Source: an uncultured Spirochaetales bacterium
GTDB lineage: Bacteria; Spirochaetota; Spirochaetia; Sphaerochaetales; Sphaerochaetaceae
Assembly (NCBI GenBank): GCA_949295125.1
Contig: CASFJV010000052.1
Span: 5,686 to 69,685 of the forward strand
Direction: 5' to 3'
DNA length: 64,000 bases
Shown here one piece after another: positions 28,085-36,584 of the stretch. The translations under genes were made by a program, and so were the position numbers. A model generated the notes under the pieces. That model saw only the letters and a list, made by a program, of their open reading frames with translations, made no database searches and had not been told where the DNA came from. Numbering within the stretch: the stretch's first letter is position 1; every line of letters begins with the position of its first letter.

Positions 28085-28142
28085 ATGGAAATTGCCTGGC
28101 AGGTTTGCCAGGAGGAAATAGTTAGTTTCTGGGAGAAAAAGG

Positions 28143-28586
28143 ATGAAGAAAAAAACGTGTTTGATTTTCCTTATGGTGTTTGTTCTGATCTCTATATTGA
28201 GTGCAGAATCAGTGAATCCATACAGGGTTATTGCGTGGGATGAGATAAAGGCTACAGATCCTGTGAACATGGCAGGGGATGCCTATACAAATGGATATGT
28301 GAATAATGGAATGTCTGATTCTACGCTTTTATACAATCTGAGAAATCAGTACAGGACCATGACATGTACTGTAGGGCCTACAGAGAAGGCAAATATAGAT
28401 AGGACCTATTCTGTAGAATTCTATGTGGATAACAACCTTGCAAAGACAGTTACATTTACAGGCATGGATTTCCCTGTTGAGGTGGAGGTTGACCTGAATT
28501 ATGCCAGACAGCTCAGGGTTTTCCTGGATTATTCTGTTTCCAGAATGAATGATGTTGTCGCAATAACAGATATTGATTTCAGGTAA
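28143..28586 (+). CDS. Small secreted beta-sandwich protein, NPCBM-like
   Basis: Signal peptide. The pattern AGDAYTNG...LLYNL...YRTMTCTVG...YSVEFYVDN...VEVEVDLNYARQLRVFLD...VVAITDIDF resembles NPCBM/NEW2-type domains. Confidence 0.5.
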   Translation: MKKKTCLIFLMVFVLISILSAESVNPYRVIAWDEIKATDPVNMAGDAYTNGYVNNGMSDSTLLYNLRNQYRTMTCTVGPTEKANIDRTYSVEFYVDNNLAKTVTFTGMDFPVEVEVDLNYARQLRVFLDYSVSRMNDVVAITDIDFR

Positions 28587-28604
28587 TATATGGAGGGGAA
28601 AAGT

Positions 28605-29906
28605 ATGGCTAGGAAAATAAGGACAATAGCTCTGCTCTTGATTGCTGCTGCAGTGCTCTCATCATGTTCCATCCTATTTGGTTCATTCGGGGGCAATACT
28701 GCAACATCCTATTATGCAAATGTAACTACTGATGAAAGCCTCTATGTCTATAATCCGGAGCTTGGAATCAGTGTTAACCGTTATGATGTCTTCTGTCTTG
28801 GTGTTGACTATAGTGAGGATAACCCATTCTATCGCGTTGTAACATATGATCCTGATGAGGTTATCCTGCTTACACATGATTACTCATCAATCAATGAAGA
28901 GGAACTTGCCGCTAATGATTTTGCTGAAGATGAGGAAGTAAACGTAGCTGTTGTAACAGGAAGCGATCCAATTTACTTCGTGCCATGTGCAGATGAAAGT
29001 GCATCTACTACGGTCACAGTTGAGCCTGTAAGTGATGATTTCAGCCGCAACTATGAGAAGTTCGGTTTTACAGTTAATATAACTGTTCCTGAGACAGTGG
29101 AAATGGCAGATACTGCTTCTACAAGGCTTTACGGCCTTGATTTCTCTGGTTCCCTTATCAATGAGACACTCGACGGGGTGGAGCTCAGGGGAGTCAGGTA
29201 TTTCAGCACCAACAGGGTTGAAGTCAGGTACAGTTCAATGACTGCTTCCCTTCATGATTATGTTGCAACCGTAACTTCTGAGGGCGCATATCCAAATGAT
29301 CAGGTTAAGGTCTTCTTTAATTCTGAGATGACTGAAGCAACCCATAAATACAGTACAAGCAGTTCCAGCTACTCTCTGTCATTCTATGTTACATTGAGTC
29401 CGGATCTTGAATCAGAGGCTTATAAGAATAAGGAAGATCTGACGCTGAGGCTCAATATCTATGATAAAACCGACGGGGTTGCCTATACAGACACATTCTC
29501 AATACCAATCACGACACTGGATGATTCCATGTCTGAGATCACAGGATTTGCTGCTTCAACAAATGGTGTTGCTGGAGCTCCTGCAATGGTTGATACCCGT
29601 GTTGCCGTAGATGCTTCATTTGAAGCATTCTCAGAGTTCGACAGGTTCAGGACGGTAAGGATGGTAGTAAGGGATCCTAATTCTGAGGATGTCATGGATC
29701 ACAGAGGCTCAGTCTGGCCGAACGGCAGTGCCACAGTTGGAACTGCTGCAGGCGGATGGGGTGAGACTGAACTCTTTGCAGATGGCAAATATTTCGCCTC
29801 ATTCATTCCTAAGGAAGCTGGCACATACAAAGTCAATGTCTATGGATATGACGATGATGGATACAATTTCTGCGCAAAGACTTTTGAGTTTGAGGTCGTC
29901 AGGTAA
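28605..29906 (+). CDS. Lipoprotein of unknown function with an Ig-like C-terminal domain
   Basis: Lipobox LSSC. The ATG at 28605 follows GGAGGGG. The C-terminus (GKYFASFIPKEAGTYKVNVYGYDDDGYNFCAKTFEFEVV) looks like an Ig/FN3-type sandwich. Confidence 0.6.
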   Translation: MARKIRTIALLLIAAAVLSSCSILFGSFGGNTATSYYANVTTDESLYVYNPELGISVNRYDVFCLGVDYSEDNPFYRVVTYDPDEVILLTHDYSSINEEELAANDFAEDEEVNVAVVTGSDPIYFVPCADESASTTVTVEPVSDDFSRNYEKFGFTVNITVPETVEMADTASTRLYGLDFSGSLINETLDGVELRGVRYFSTNRVEVRYSSMTASLHDYVATVTSEGAYPNDQVKVFFNSEMTEATHKYSTSSSSYSLSFYVTLSPDLESEAYKNKEDLTLRLNIYDKTDGVAYTDTFSIPITTLDDSMSEITGFAASTNGVAGAPAMVDTRVAVDASFEAFSEFDRFRTVRMVVRDPNSEDVMDHRGSVWPNGSATVGTAAGGWGETELFADGKYFASFIPKEAGTYKVNVYGYDDDGYNFCAKTFEFEVVR

Positions 29907-29919
29907 TTGATTCCTGTTT

Positions 29920-29943
29920 ATTGGGCTGAGAATTCAGCCCAAT
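29920..29943 (+). other. Intercistronic stem-loop (10-bp stem)
   Basis: ATTGGGCTGA-GAAT-TCAGCCCAAT lies between the stop at 29906 and the likely GTG start at 29960. No U-tract follows. Confidence 0.5.
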
Positions 29944-29959
29944 GCTAGAGGAATTAATT

Positions 29960-30685
29960 GTGAAGAAGGCTTTATTTATACTTCTGGCAGTCATTATGGC
30001 CGTTTTCTCATCCTGTGCAACGTCAGGGGAGGGGAAGATGTCTTCAGATGATGAGTTTGCCAATGAGATAAATTCTGTATTCGAGCAGTACAGCAATCTT
30101 GGAGAGCAGGTTTTCTATGGCTTTTCAGGTCCATATACAAGTAAGGAAAAGGGAATCATGGCGGCAACAGAGAATGCTTACATGATGGCTCTGCTTTATG
30201 AAGACCTTGCGATGAAGGTTGATGTCAGCATTGATGTGGATACTGCCCGCAACCGTGACAGTTTCAAGACATATACGGACGCATTATACGATCAGTCAAG
30301 GCTTTCAGAGATTGCATCAAGGCTTGAGATCATCGACATCAAGTGGCTTGGAGGGGATATCGGGGCTGCGGTTGTCGCAACTTATATCAATCCAGCTTCT
30401 TCAAGGCCTGACTCTGATTACGTTTATGACAGCGGTACGATCTTCAGGTATTTCTATGTCCAGGATTCGATGTTTGCAGCCGCATACAGCGCAGCTGTGA
30501 ATCTTGCGCTCAACAATCCGGAGCTCAGCGCGGTTGTATCAAATACTGAGCTGGATAATGATGAGATGACTGAGCAGTCCTACCAGATACATCTTTCGAG
30601 GCTGGATGGCTTCGAGATCTTATCATATTCCTATAATCCTGAAACAAAGGAGTACACATGCACAGCCCGTGCATTGAAACATTAA
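29960..30685 (+). CDS. Lipoprotein, LPP20-like fold (divergent)
   Basis: A GTG at 29960 gives (M)KKALFILLAVIMAVFSSC with a lipobox. FYGFSGPYTSKEKGIMAATENAYMMALLYEDLAMKV resembles the LPP20 core motif. Confidence 0.55.
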   Translation: MKKALFILLAVIMAVFSSCATSGEGKMSSDDEFANEINSVFEQYSNLGEQVFYGFSGPYTSKEKGIMAATENAYMMALLYEDLAMKVDVSIDVDTARNRDSFKTYTDALYDQSRLSEIASRLEIIDIKWLGGDIGAAVVATYINPASSRPDSDYVYDSGTIFRYFYVQDSMFAAAYSAAVNLALNNPELSAVVSNTELDNDEMTEQSYQIHLSRLDGFEILSYSYNPETKEYTCTARALKH

Positions 30686-30726
30686 ACTAAGGCAGGTATG
30701 GCCTAGAAAAATATTAGGAGGAATAA

Positions 30727-31302
30727 ATGAAAAAAGCTTTATTCATTATTTCAATGGTAGCACTTTTAGTATTCGCTAGCTGTGCATCAACAGAGACAGC
30801 AGAGGCAGCAGATCCTAATGCAATGCCTGAATGGGTTATGACACTCGGTGAATCAGAGAACACTCAGGATATGCACTACTCAGTAGGTGCTGCAAAGATG
30901 TCAAACCAGATGAACTCTCTCAAGAGGGCTCAGGCTGAGGCAAGGAATGCAATGGCAGAATGGATCAATGTATCTGTTGAAGAGATCATCATGACATATA
31001 CAAATGATGCAGGAAGCGATGCAAACCGCCAGGCAATGGATGCATTTGAGACACTCTCAAAGCAGGAAGCAAATGCAATTCTTTCAGGTTCTTCACAGGC
31101 TGCTATGTGGATTGCACCAGATGGAACAGTATATGTTCTTATGGGCATCCCTGTAGAGAACGTTGCATCACAGATGGCTGGCTATGTTGACGAAGTCACA
31201 TCAAATGAGACATTCGTAAAGAACGAGGCAGCAGCAGAAGCAAACAACATGATGAGAAATGCAATCAACACATATTTTGGTGTTAATGGAGTTGCAGAGT
31301 AA
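30727..31302 (+). CDS. LPP20-family lipoprotein
   Basis: Lipobox FASC. MPEWV...YSVGAAKM...SLKRAQAEARNAMAEWINVSV and ...WIAPDGTVYVLMGI match the H. pylori Lpp20-type pattern. The gene has its own terminator. Confidence 0.7.
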   Translation: MKKALFIISMVALLVFASCASTETAEAADPNAMPEWVMTLGESENTQDMHYSVGAAKMSNQMNSLKRAQAEARNAMAEWINVSVEEIIMTYTNDAGSDANRQAMDAFETLSKQEANAILSGSSQAAMWIAPDGTVYVLMGIPVENVASQMAGYVDEVTSNETFVKNEAAAEANNMMRNAINTYFGVNGVAE

Positions 31303-31315
31303 TCAGTCAGTTCAG

Positions 31316-31340
31316 AGGCAGGGAATTCCCTGCCTTTTTT
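31316..31340 (+). terminator. Rho-independent terminator
   Basis: AGGCAGGG-AATT-CCCTGCCT followed by TTTTTT, 14 nt after the stop at 31302. Confidence 0.8.
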
Positions 31341-31351
31341 AAGGGGTAGAG

Positions 31352-32023
31352 ATGAAGAAATTAATTCTTATCCTCCTATCCATTATCCTGATAGTATCCT
31401 GTGCAAGCACAGATACGGATATCAAAGCTGTTAATGAGGATGGATCTCCTATCTGGACTACAGAGGTTCCTCAGAGTAAGAAATTATTCTACGGGGTAGG
31501 AAGGGCAAAGCTCTCCAATGAGGCTAACAGCCAGAACTCTGCAGATGCAAATGCAAGGGCAGATCTGGCAAGGAAACTTCAGTCAACAATTAACGAGGCA
31601 ACGGTAAACTATACCAATGATGCAGAGGGAAGCCTGCTTAACGCCTATGAGCAGCTTACGATGCAGGTAGTTAACTTTACCATGCAGGGAGTTAAGACTG
31701 AGCAGCACTGGACTGCTCCAGATGGAACAGTCTGGTCATTGGTATCTATCGAGGCCAAGAAAGTGGATGACCTTTATGAGCTGGCTGCCAACGACTATCT
31801 TGTGCAGATAGAAGAGAAGAAAGCTGAGACAGACAGCAAGCTCAATGCACTTTTGGCAGAGCTTGCCAAGATAGAAGGGGATACATCCGCAGCTGAGGCT
31901 GAGGCAAGGCGTGTGGCAGAAAGCCAGATCAGGGAATTTAATGGAACCCTTGAGGGCATTGATGCCAAGGCACTGGCAACAGCTATTGATGCTTACACTA
32001 CGCAGCTTGGATATGAGGAATAA
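31352..32023 (+). CDS. LPP20-family lipoprotein with a C-terminal helical extension
   Basis: Lipobox VSC. SPIWT...FYGVGRAKL...SADANARADLARKLQSTINE and HWTAPDGTVWSLVSI are present, followed by a coiled-coil tail. Confidence 0.7.
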   Translation: MKKLILILLSIILIVSCASTDTDIKAVNEDGSPIWTTEVPQSKKLFYGVGRAKLSNEANSQNSADANARADLARKLQSTINEATVNYTNDAEGSLLNAYEQLTMQVVNFTMQGVKTEQHWTAPDGTVWSLVSIEAKKVDDLYELAANDYLVQIEEKKAETDSKLNALLAELAKIEGDTSAAEAEARRVAESQIREFNGTLEGIDAKALATAIDAYTTQLGYEE

Positions 32024-32030
32024 AATCATG

Positions 32031-32057
32031 GGCTCTCTCCTTCAGAGGGCCTTTTTT
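32031..32057 (+). terminator. Rho-independent terminator
   Basis: GGCTCTC / GAGGGCC stem (one G-U pair), a 7-nt loop, then TTTTTT at 32052-32057. Confidence 0.65.
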
Positions 32058-32113
32058 GCTTTCAGGAGCTAAAGTTCCTGAAGAGAGCAGATAGCAGTAA
32101 AAATGGGAAAACT

Positions 32114-34564
32114 ATGAAAAAGGCATTAGGCATATTTGTACTGATTTTTATATTTGCTTTGCCTTTATGGGCAGCAGATTTATCAGCAACGGGATATGGA
32201 AGGACGCTGGATGAGGCACGCACAGATGCAAAGATCCAGCTGGCAGGAAGCATTTCCACGCATGTTTCCAATATAGTTTCAGTGCAGACGGAGGAAGACA
32301 GCACTGGCAGATCCTTTTTTGAGTCCTTTTTCTCAAGCAGCGTGCATGAGTCTGAATTTGAACTGAAAGGCACAATTGAAAGCAATCCGCAGAATGTGGA
32401 TAACACATGGCAGATCACACTGACTCTTCCATCATCTGCAGCCCCGGTATACTATGATGACCTCATCCGCCTGAACAGGGATATCACTCAGCTCTATGGG
32501 AGGCTTGGAAACCTCGAGGATTACAGGGCGGTAACAGATAAGCAGTATGAGCAGCTGCTTAACCTTCTTGAGGCATATGAGGCAACAAGGCTTGTTGCAA
32601 TACAGCTTGATCCATCAAAAGCTGCAGACATTGCAGAGCTTCCTGTATCACTGACGGTTGTAGAGACTCAGTATGATGCCAAGAAACAGGAAGAGCTGAA
32701 TGCGCTGATGATTGAATACGCATCATTTGATGAGCTGATGGAATTAGGCCTTATCAGCGAAGAGCAGATGAGCAATTATGACGATCTAAGGGATATGATC
32801 GCTGAAAGAAAAAAGAGTGATGAGGAGCGCATCAGGGAGCAGCAGGAAAAGACTGCAGAGATGCTCAGGGAGGCCCAGGCTGCATTCAGCAATGATGCAA
32901 ATATCGACTATGAAGCACTGCTGAGTGAAAGCGGATCCAAATCCCTGACAGACATCATCAATTCAGTTGAATCCAGGAGAAGATCGTTCAAGCAGGTCAA
33001 AGGCATAATGGATCAGCGTCTTGGTACCATCTATAATTCCATGCAGCAGGATTGCAGGGATTTCTATGATGCGAGGATGAGTGAGCCATATGCAGCCATA
33101 GATATGGAGAAGAAGGGGTTCATCTTCAAGAGGGAACGTCCTACTGATGAGGCTGTGGAAACGAGGAAGAAGGGTGTCAATGCCTATATAGAAGACAATA
33201 TAATGCCGCAGTACGTGAATGCCGCAAGCGATGAGTATAAGCTTTATGTCCAGAGGCTTTCCACCATTACCCGTGCGGCAATGAATGACCTGGCAGAACT
33301 GAATGGCACGGAGTACACCTACAACACTTACCAGAACCAGATGGCAGTTGCAATTTCAGGCTATAACAGGAACACAAATGCATTTACAGGCTATGTGAGC
33401 CTTACGATAGGAAGCCAGAGCGCACGCTTTGATTTTGAAATCCCTTACAAGGTATGGTTCGGGAAAGAGATGCCTGAAGCCGAGGATGATATCTTTGAAT
33501 ATGAGAATGCAAGAATAGTCGCCAGCGATTGGATGAATAGGCTCATGTCAGATACCTCAATCCTTCTTGTTGAAGTGAAATTCACGGTTAAAGGCTACCT
33601 TGACGGCTCTAAGTATGATATTGCCTTCAAGTCATTCAACATTGCCCGCCTGGATACCGGGGATGTCATAATCCGCGATAAAGCGGTAGGAAAGAAGGTA
33701 ACTGTTAACCTCTGGTCTGAAGATTCAACAGACCTTTCATCGTATGCTCCGGAAGAAGATGATGCAAAAGCAATGATTTCATATATGGATGCCTCTTCAA
33801 TTGAGGATGAGGTGCTGAAGGTTGCAGGGATCACGGATGATGACATTGCTAAGCTCAAGTATGGCTATGTTCCGCCTAAGAAAGAGGAGCAGGCACTTGC
33901 TAAGAGCTCTTCAGTGATGGAAAGATCCCAAAATGCAGCAGGTAATTCAGGGGTAGCTGCAAGGAGCATGAAAAGCACTTTTGAATCTGTCCATGAGACT
34001 GGAAGTGAGATGATAGAAAGGAATAAGGCGGCAGCATCGGCAATCCAGAGTGAACCGGCTGAGATAAAAGATCCGGTTGATCTTGTATTTTCATTCGGGC
34101 TTGGAAGCAGCATGATGTTTGAGATTAATGATGCAGAGGGCACTTTCTACTCTTTTGGTGCGGATATGGCATTCAGGATGGGCATGAAGGATTTATTTGC
34201 GGAGAACAATGATCTTGTATTCAATGCAGGCTTTGAAATGAATGGTATTTACTATTCTGCAGATTCATCATATCCATCATATGAGGCGGTAAGCGGTTTC
34301 ATTGGAGTGGAACTGCTTGGAAGGCTTGGCCTTGGATACTATTACTCCAATCCATCTGGCATGTCCGGAGGTTTTGACCTCAATGGAACACTTTCGTTCA
34401 GGGAGCATGTGAATGACATTTTAGTGGCAGTGGAGGCAGATGCATATCTGGGGCTTCAGGAGATGATGACTTTCGGCCTGCGTTTCAGAATTGACTGCTA
34501 TGATCCCTCATATGCCAGCATTGGGGAGCTTGCAACCGGAGTATTCTTCAGGTATTACTTCTAG
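32114..34564 (+). CDS. Large secreted protein, paralog of 25892-28084 (LPP20-like N-domain, coiled-coil, beta-rich middle, beta-barrel-like C-terminus)
   Basis: Signal peptide ...LPLWA/AD and ATGYGRTLDEARTDAKIQLAGSIS. Blocks shared with the 730-aa protein: TLPSSAAPVYY/TIPETSAPLYE, SLTIGSQSARFDFEIPYKVWFG/ITIGNSSIDLIFRIPYEAWTG, and KFTVKGYLDGSKYDIAFKSFNIARLDTGD/TFTVNNDLSSEYEITFESYTITRNDTGE. It ends ...GVFFRYYF. Confidence 0.6.
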   Translation: MKKALGIFVLIFIFALPLWAADLSATGYGRTLDEARTDAKIQLAGSISTHVSNIVSVQTEEDSTGRSFFESFFSSSVHESEFELKGTIESNPQNVDNTWQITLTLPSSAAPVYYDDLIRLNRDITQLYGRLGNLEDYRAVTDKQYEQLLNLLEAYEATRLVAIQLDPSKAADIAELPVSLTVVETQYDAKKQEELNALMIEYASFDELMELGLISEEQMSNYDDLRDMIAERKKSDEERIREQQEKTAEMLREAQAAFSNDANIDYEALLSESGSKSLTDIINSVESRRRSFKQVKGIMDQRLGTIYNSMQQDCRDFYDARMSEPYAAIDMEKKGFIFKRERPTDEAVETRKKGVNAYIEDNIMPQYVNAASDEYKLYVQRLSTITRAAMNDLAELNGTEYTYNTYQNQMAVAISGYNRNTNAFTGYVSLTIGSQSARFDFEIPYKVWFGKEMPEAEDDIFEYENARIVASDWMNRLMSDTSILLVEVKFTVKGYLDGSKYDIAFKSFNIARLDTGDVIIRDKAVGKKVTVNLWSEDSTDLSSYAPEEDDAKAMISYMDASSIEDEVLKVAGITDDDIAKLKYGYVPPKKEEQALAKSSSVMERSQNAAGNSGVAARSMKSTFESVHETGSEMIERNKAAASAIQSEPAEIKDPVDLVFSFGLGSSMMFEINDAEGTFYSFGADMAFRMGMKDLFAENNDLVFNAGFEMNGIYYSADSSYPSYEAVSGFIGVELLGRLGLGYYYSNPSGMSGGFDLNGTLSFREHVNDILVAVEADAYLGLQEMMTFGLRFRIDCYDPSYASIGELATGVFFRYYF

Positions 34565-34959
34565 TCCTCTTCCTTTTCTGCTCTGAGGCTTATCCCGGCA
34601 ATGACTACGATAGCGCCCATAGCAAGGAGGAAGATGGAGTAGAACCTGTCCAAAAATGCCCTGGAACCGTTTTCCACATAGCTATCAGAGAGGTACACTC
34701 TTGTGTATACAGCATTGATGTCTGATGGCTTAAGGCTCAGCGCCTTCTCTTTTTCTATGACATAAACTCCATCGCTGAAAAGCTCTTCAAATGCCTTTTC
34801 CGTCTTCTCCTCATTCAGCGTATATGCATATATGGAAATGCTCTCCCTCCCGTCCTGGCTTGAAAAGCCGAACATATGGCACTTGAGAAGGAAAGAAAAG
34901 AGCATGATCAAGCAACCAAATGCAATAATGGCATTCCCGACTGTCTTTCTTACTTTCAT
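34561..34959 (-). CDS. Small bitopic membrane protein (2 TM), unknown function
   Basis: 132 aa with hydrophobic segments at both ends. It is the last gene of a four-gene minus-strand operon. Its stop overlaps the stop of the 816-aa gene (CTAG). Confidence 0.5.
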   Translation of the reverse strand: MKVRKTVGNAIIAFGCLIMLFSFLLKCHMFGFSSQDGRESISIYAYTLNEEKTEKAFEELFSDGVYVIEKEKALSLKPSDINAVYTRVYLSDSYVENGSRAFLDRFYSIFLLAMGAIVVIAGISLRAEKEED

Positions 34960-34989
34960 GAGAGTTAAAATATTAGCAGAATTTGTATT

Positions 34990-35931
34990 TTAGATCGAGA
35001 GAGAGCGTTGTTTATCTGGAGCAGAGATGTCTGGATCGGTGTTGTCTATCTGGAAAGACAGGATCCTCAGCCTGCCTGTCTTCTCATTCAGCTCCGCAAT
35101 ATGGTAGTATCCTTCACTCTCAAGCCCCCAGAGAAGGTCCTTCTTGTGGTAAGCTGGAAAAACATATTCCTTGAATGACTCTGAATAGCTGTTGAGAACA
35201 TCCCCGATATGGTGGTGCGCTGCAAAATAGAGCGCTCTTTTATCATGGAGGATGGAAATAAGCTCATTTCTCTCATTCACATCTGAAAGAACGAACTGGA
35301 AATGGCTCTGTATGGCTCCAGAGAGGCTCATCGGTACATGGGAGAGGACGATGCTGTACTTTGCGTCACTTTTTTCAATTGCTTCCTCTAGGTATTTAAG
35401 CTGATCCCTTCCAAGGATTCTCTTTGCACTGTCTATCTTATAGATTGCAGTATCTGAGATCCTGTATGCTCCGATTGTTGACGGGCACTTATCGTAGCCT
35501 TCAAGTATCTTCTCATAATCTTCCTTATCGATTGAATTGTAATCATGGTTGCCAGCAATGGATATCAGGGGGAAATCCTTTACTGCTTTTATCCTGTCAA
35601 GCAGAGCCCTGAAAACTTCCGCATCTTCCTCTGAGCCTTCATCCATCATGTCGCCAAGAAGGAGAACGGCGTCAATCTCATCCTTATGCTTAGAGAGGAA
35701 AGAGAGCATGTTTTCATCATTCCTATGGACTCCGCTGTCCCTGAGTTCCCTGTTCAGGTGTGCATCTGAAAGGACCAGGAAACGCAGGCTGTCTCCTACT
35801 GTGACTCTCTCTATATCCAGTGGATCTGAAAATGGATTTTCCTCAAGCTGCAGCCTGTCATAGAACTGGATTTCACATGATAATGCCATAAGCATTACGG
35901 CAATGACTGTAAAAATAATCTTCCTTTTCAT
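34990..35931 (-). CDS. Calcineurin-like metallophosphoesterase lipoprotein
   Basis: Lipobox LSC. Phosphoesterase motifs are LSDAHL, LLGDMMDEG, AGNHD and a later HH. Confidence 0.75.
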   Translation of the reverse strand: MKRKIIFTVIAVMLMALSCEIQFYDRLQLEENPFSDPLDIERVTVGDSLRFLVLSDAHLNRELRDSGVHRNDENMLSFLSKHKDEIDAVLLLGDMMDEGSEEDAEVFRALLDRIKAVKDFPLISIAGNHDYNSIDKEDYEKILEGYDKCPSTIGAYRISDTAIYKIDSAKRILGRDQLKYLEEAIEKSDAKYSIVLSHVPMSLSGAIQSHFQFVLSDVNERNELISILHDKRALYFAAHHHIGDVLNSYSESFKEYVFPAYHKKDLLWGLESEGYYHIAELNEKTGRLRILSFQIDNTDPDISAPDKQRSLSI

Positions 35932-36584
35932 ATTCTAATCTCAAAACCGATGCGTGCCTTTATGTCCTTGACTATTATCGGAGCCTCATCAAGATAATCC
36001 CCGTAGATAGCGTATATGTCGAATGTCACAGCATTCCCGTTTATATCCAGGTGGCTCCTGAATCCTGTTATCAGGAGAGCCTGGAATGCTGTTTCAAAGA
36101 ATGAGTAGGAGGAGGAATATACATATACTGATATGTCTTCTGAGATGTCTGCTCCAAGCTCAAGAAGGAAATTTGGCGTGATGCTGAAATATACATCATC
36201 AGAATAGATTGAATAGTCAAGGCCGCCGATGATGCCGATACGGTAATTGAAGTGGAACCATGATGCGCTTATATCCTGCCCGAAATTTATTGCAGCATGA
36301 GCCATGCCTCCTTTGCTTTCAAAGCTGTGATAGAAGGATGAGAAAAGATCAAGGCTCATGGAGTGGGAAAAGCGGAAATCATATTCCCCTGAAAGCCTTA
36401 TATCATAAGGGACCGTAGAGGCAAGGCCAACCTTATAGCTGTCATCATGGAAGTAGGCGCTCAGGGAGAAAGACGGGCCGTAGAATGATGAGAGTCCATA
36501 CCCGCCAGATCCTCCTATATAGGCTGCACTGAGGCTGGAGGCAATTGAAAGTGAGATTAAGATGGCGGCTATTTTCCTTTTCAC
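35928..36584 (-). CDS. Small outer-membrane beta-barrel protein, unknown function
   Basis: Signal peptide ...SLSA/AY. It is rich in Tyr/Gly/Ser with alternating hydrophobic pattern and ends ...RIGFEIRI. It shares a 4-nt overlap with each neighbour. Confidence 0.55.
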   Translation of the reverse strand: MKRKIAAILISLSIASSLSAAYIGGSGGYGLSSFYGPSFSLSAYFHDDSYKVGLASTVPYDIRLSGEYDFRFSHSMSLDLFSSFYHSFESKGGMAHAAINFGQDISASWFHFNYRIGIIGGLDYSIYSDDVYFSITPNFLLELGADISEDISVYVYSSSYSFFETAFQALLITGFRSHLDINGNAVTFDIYAIYGDYLDEAPIIVKDIKARIGFEIRI

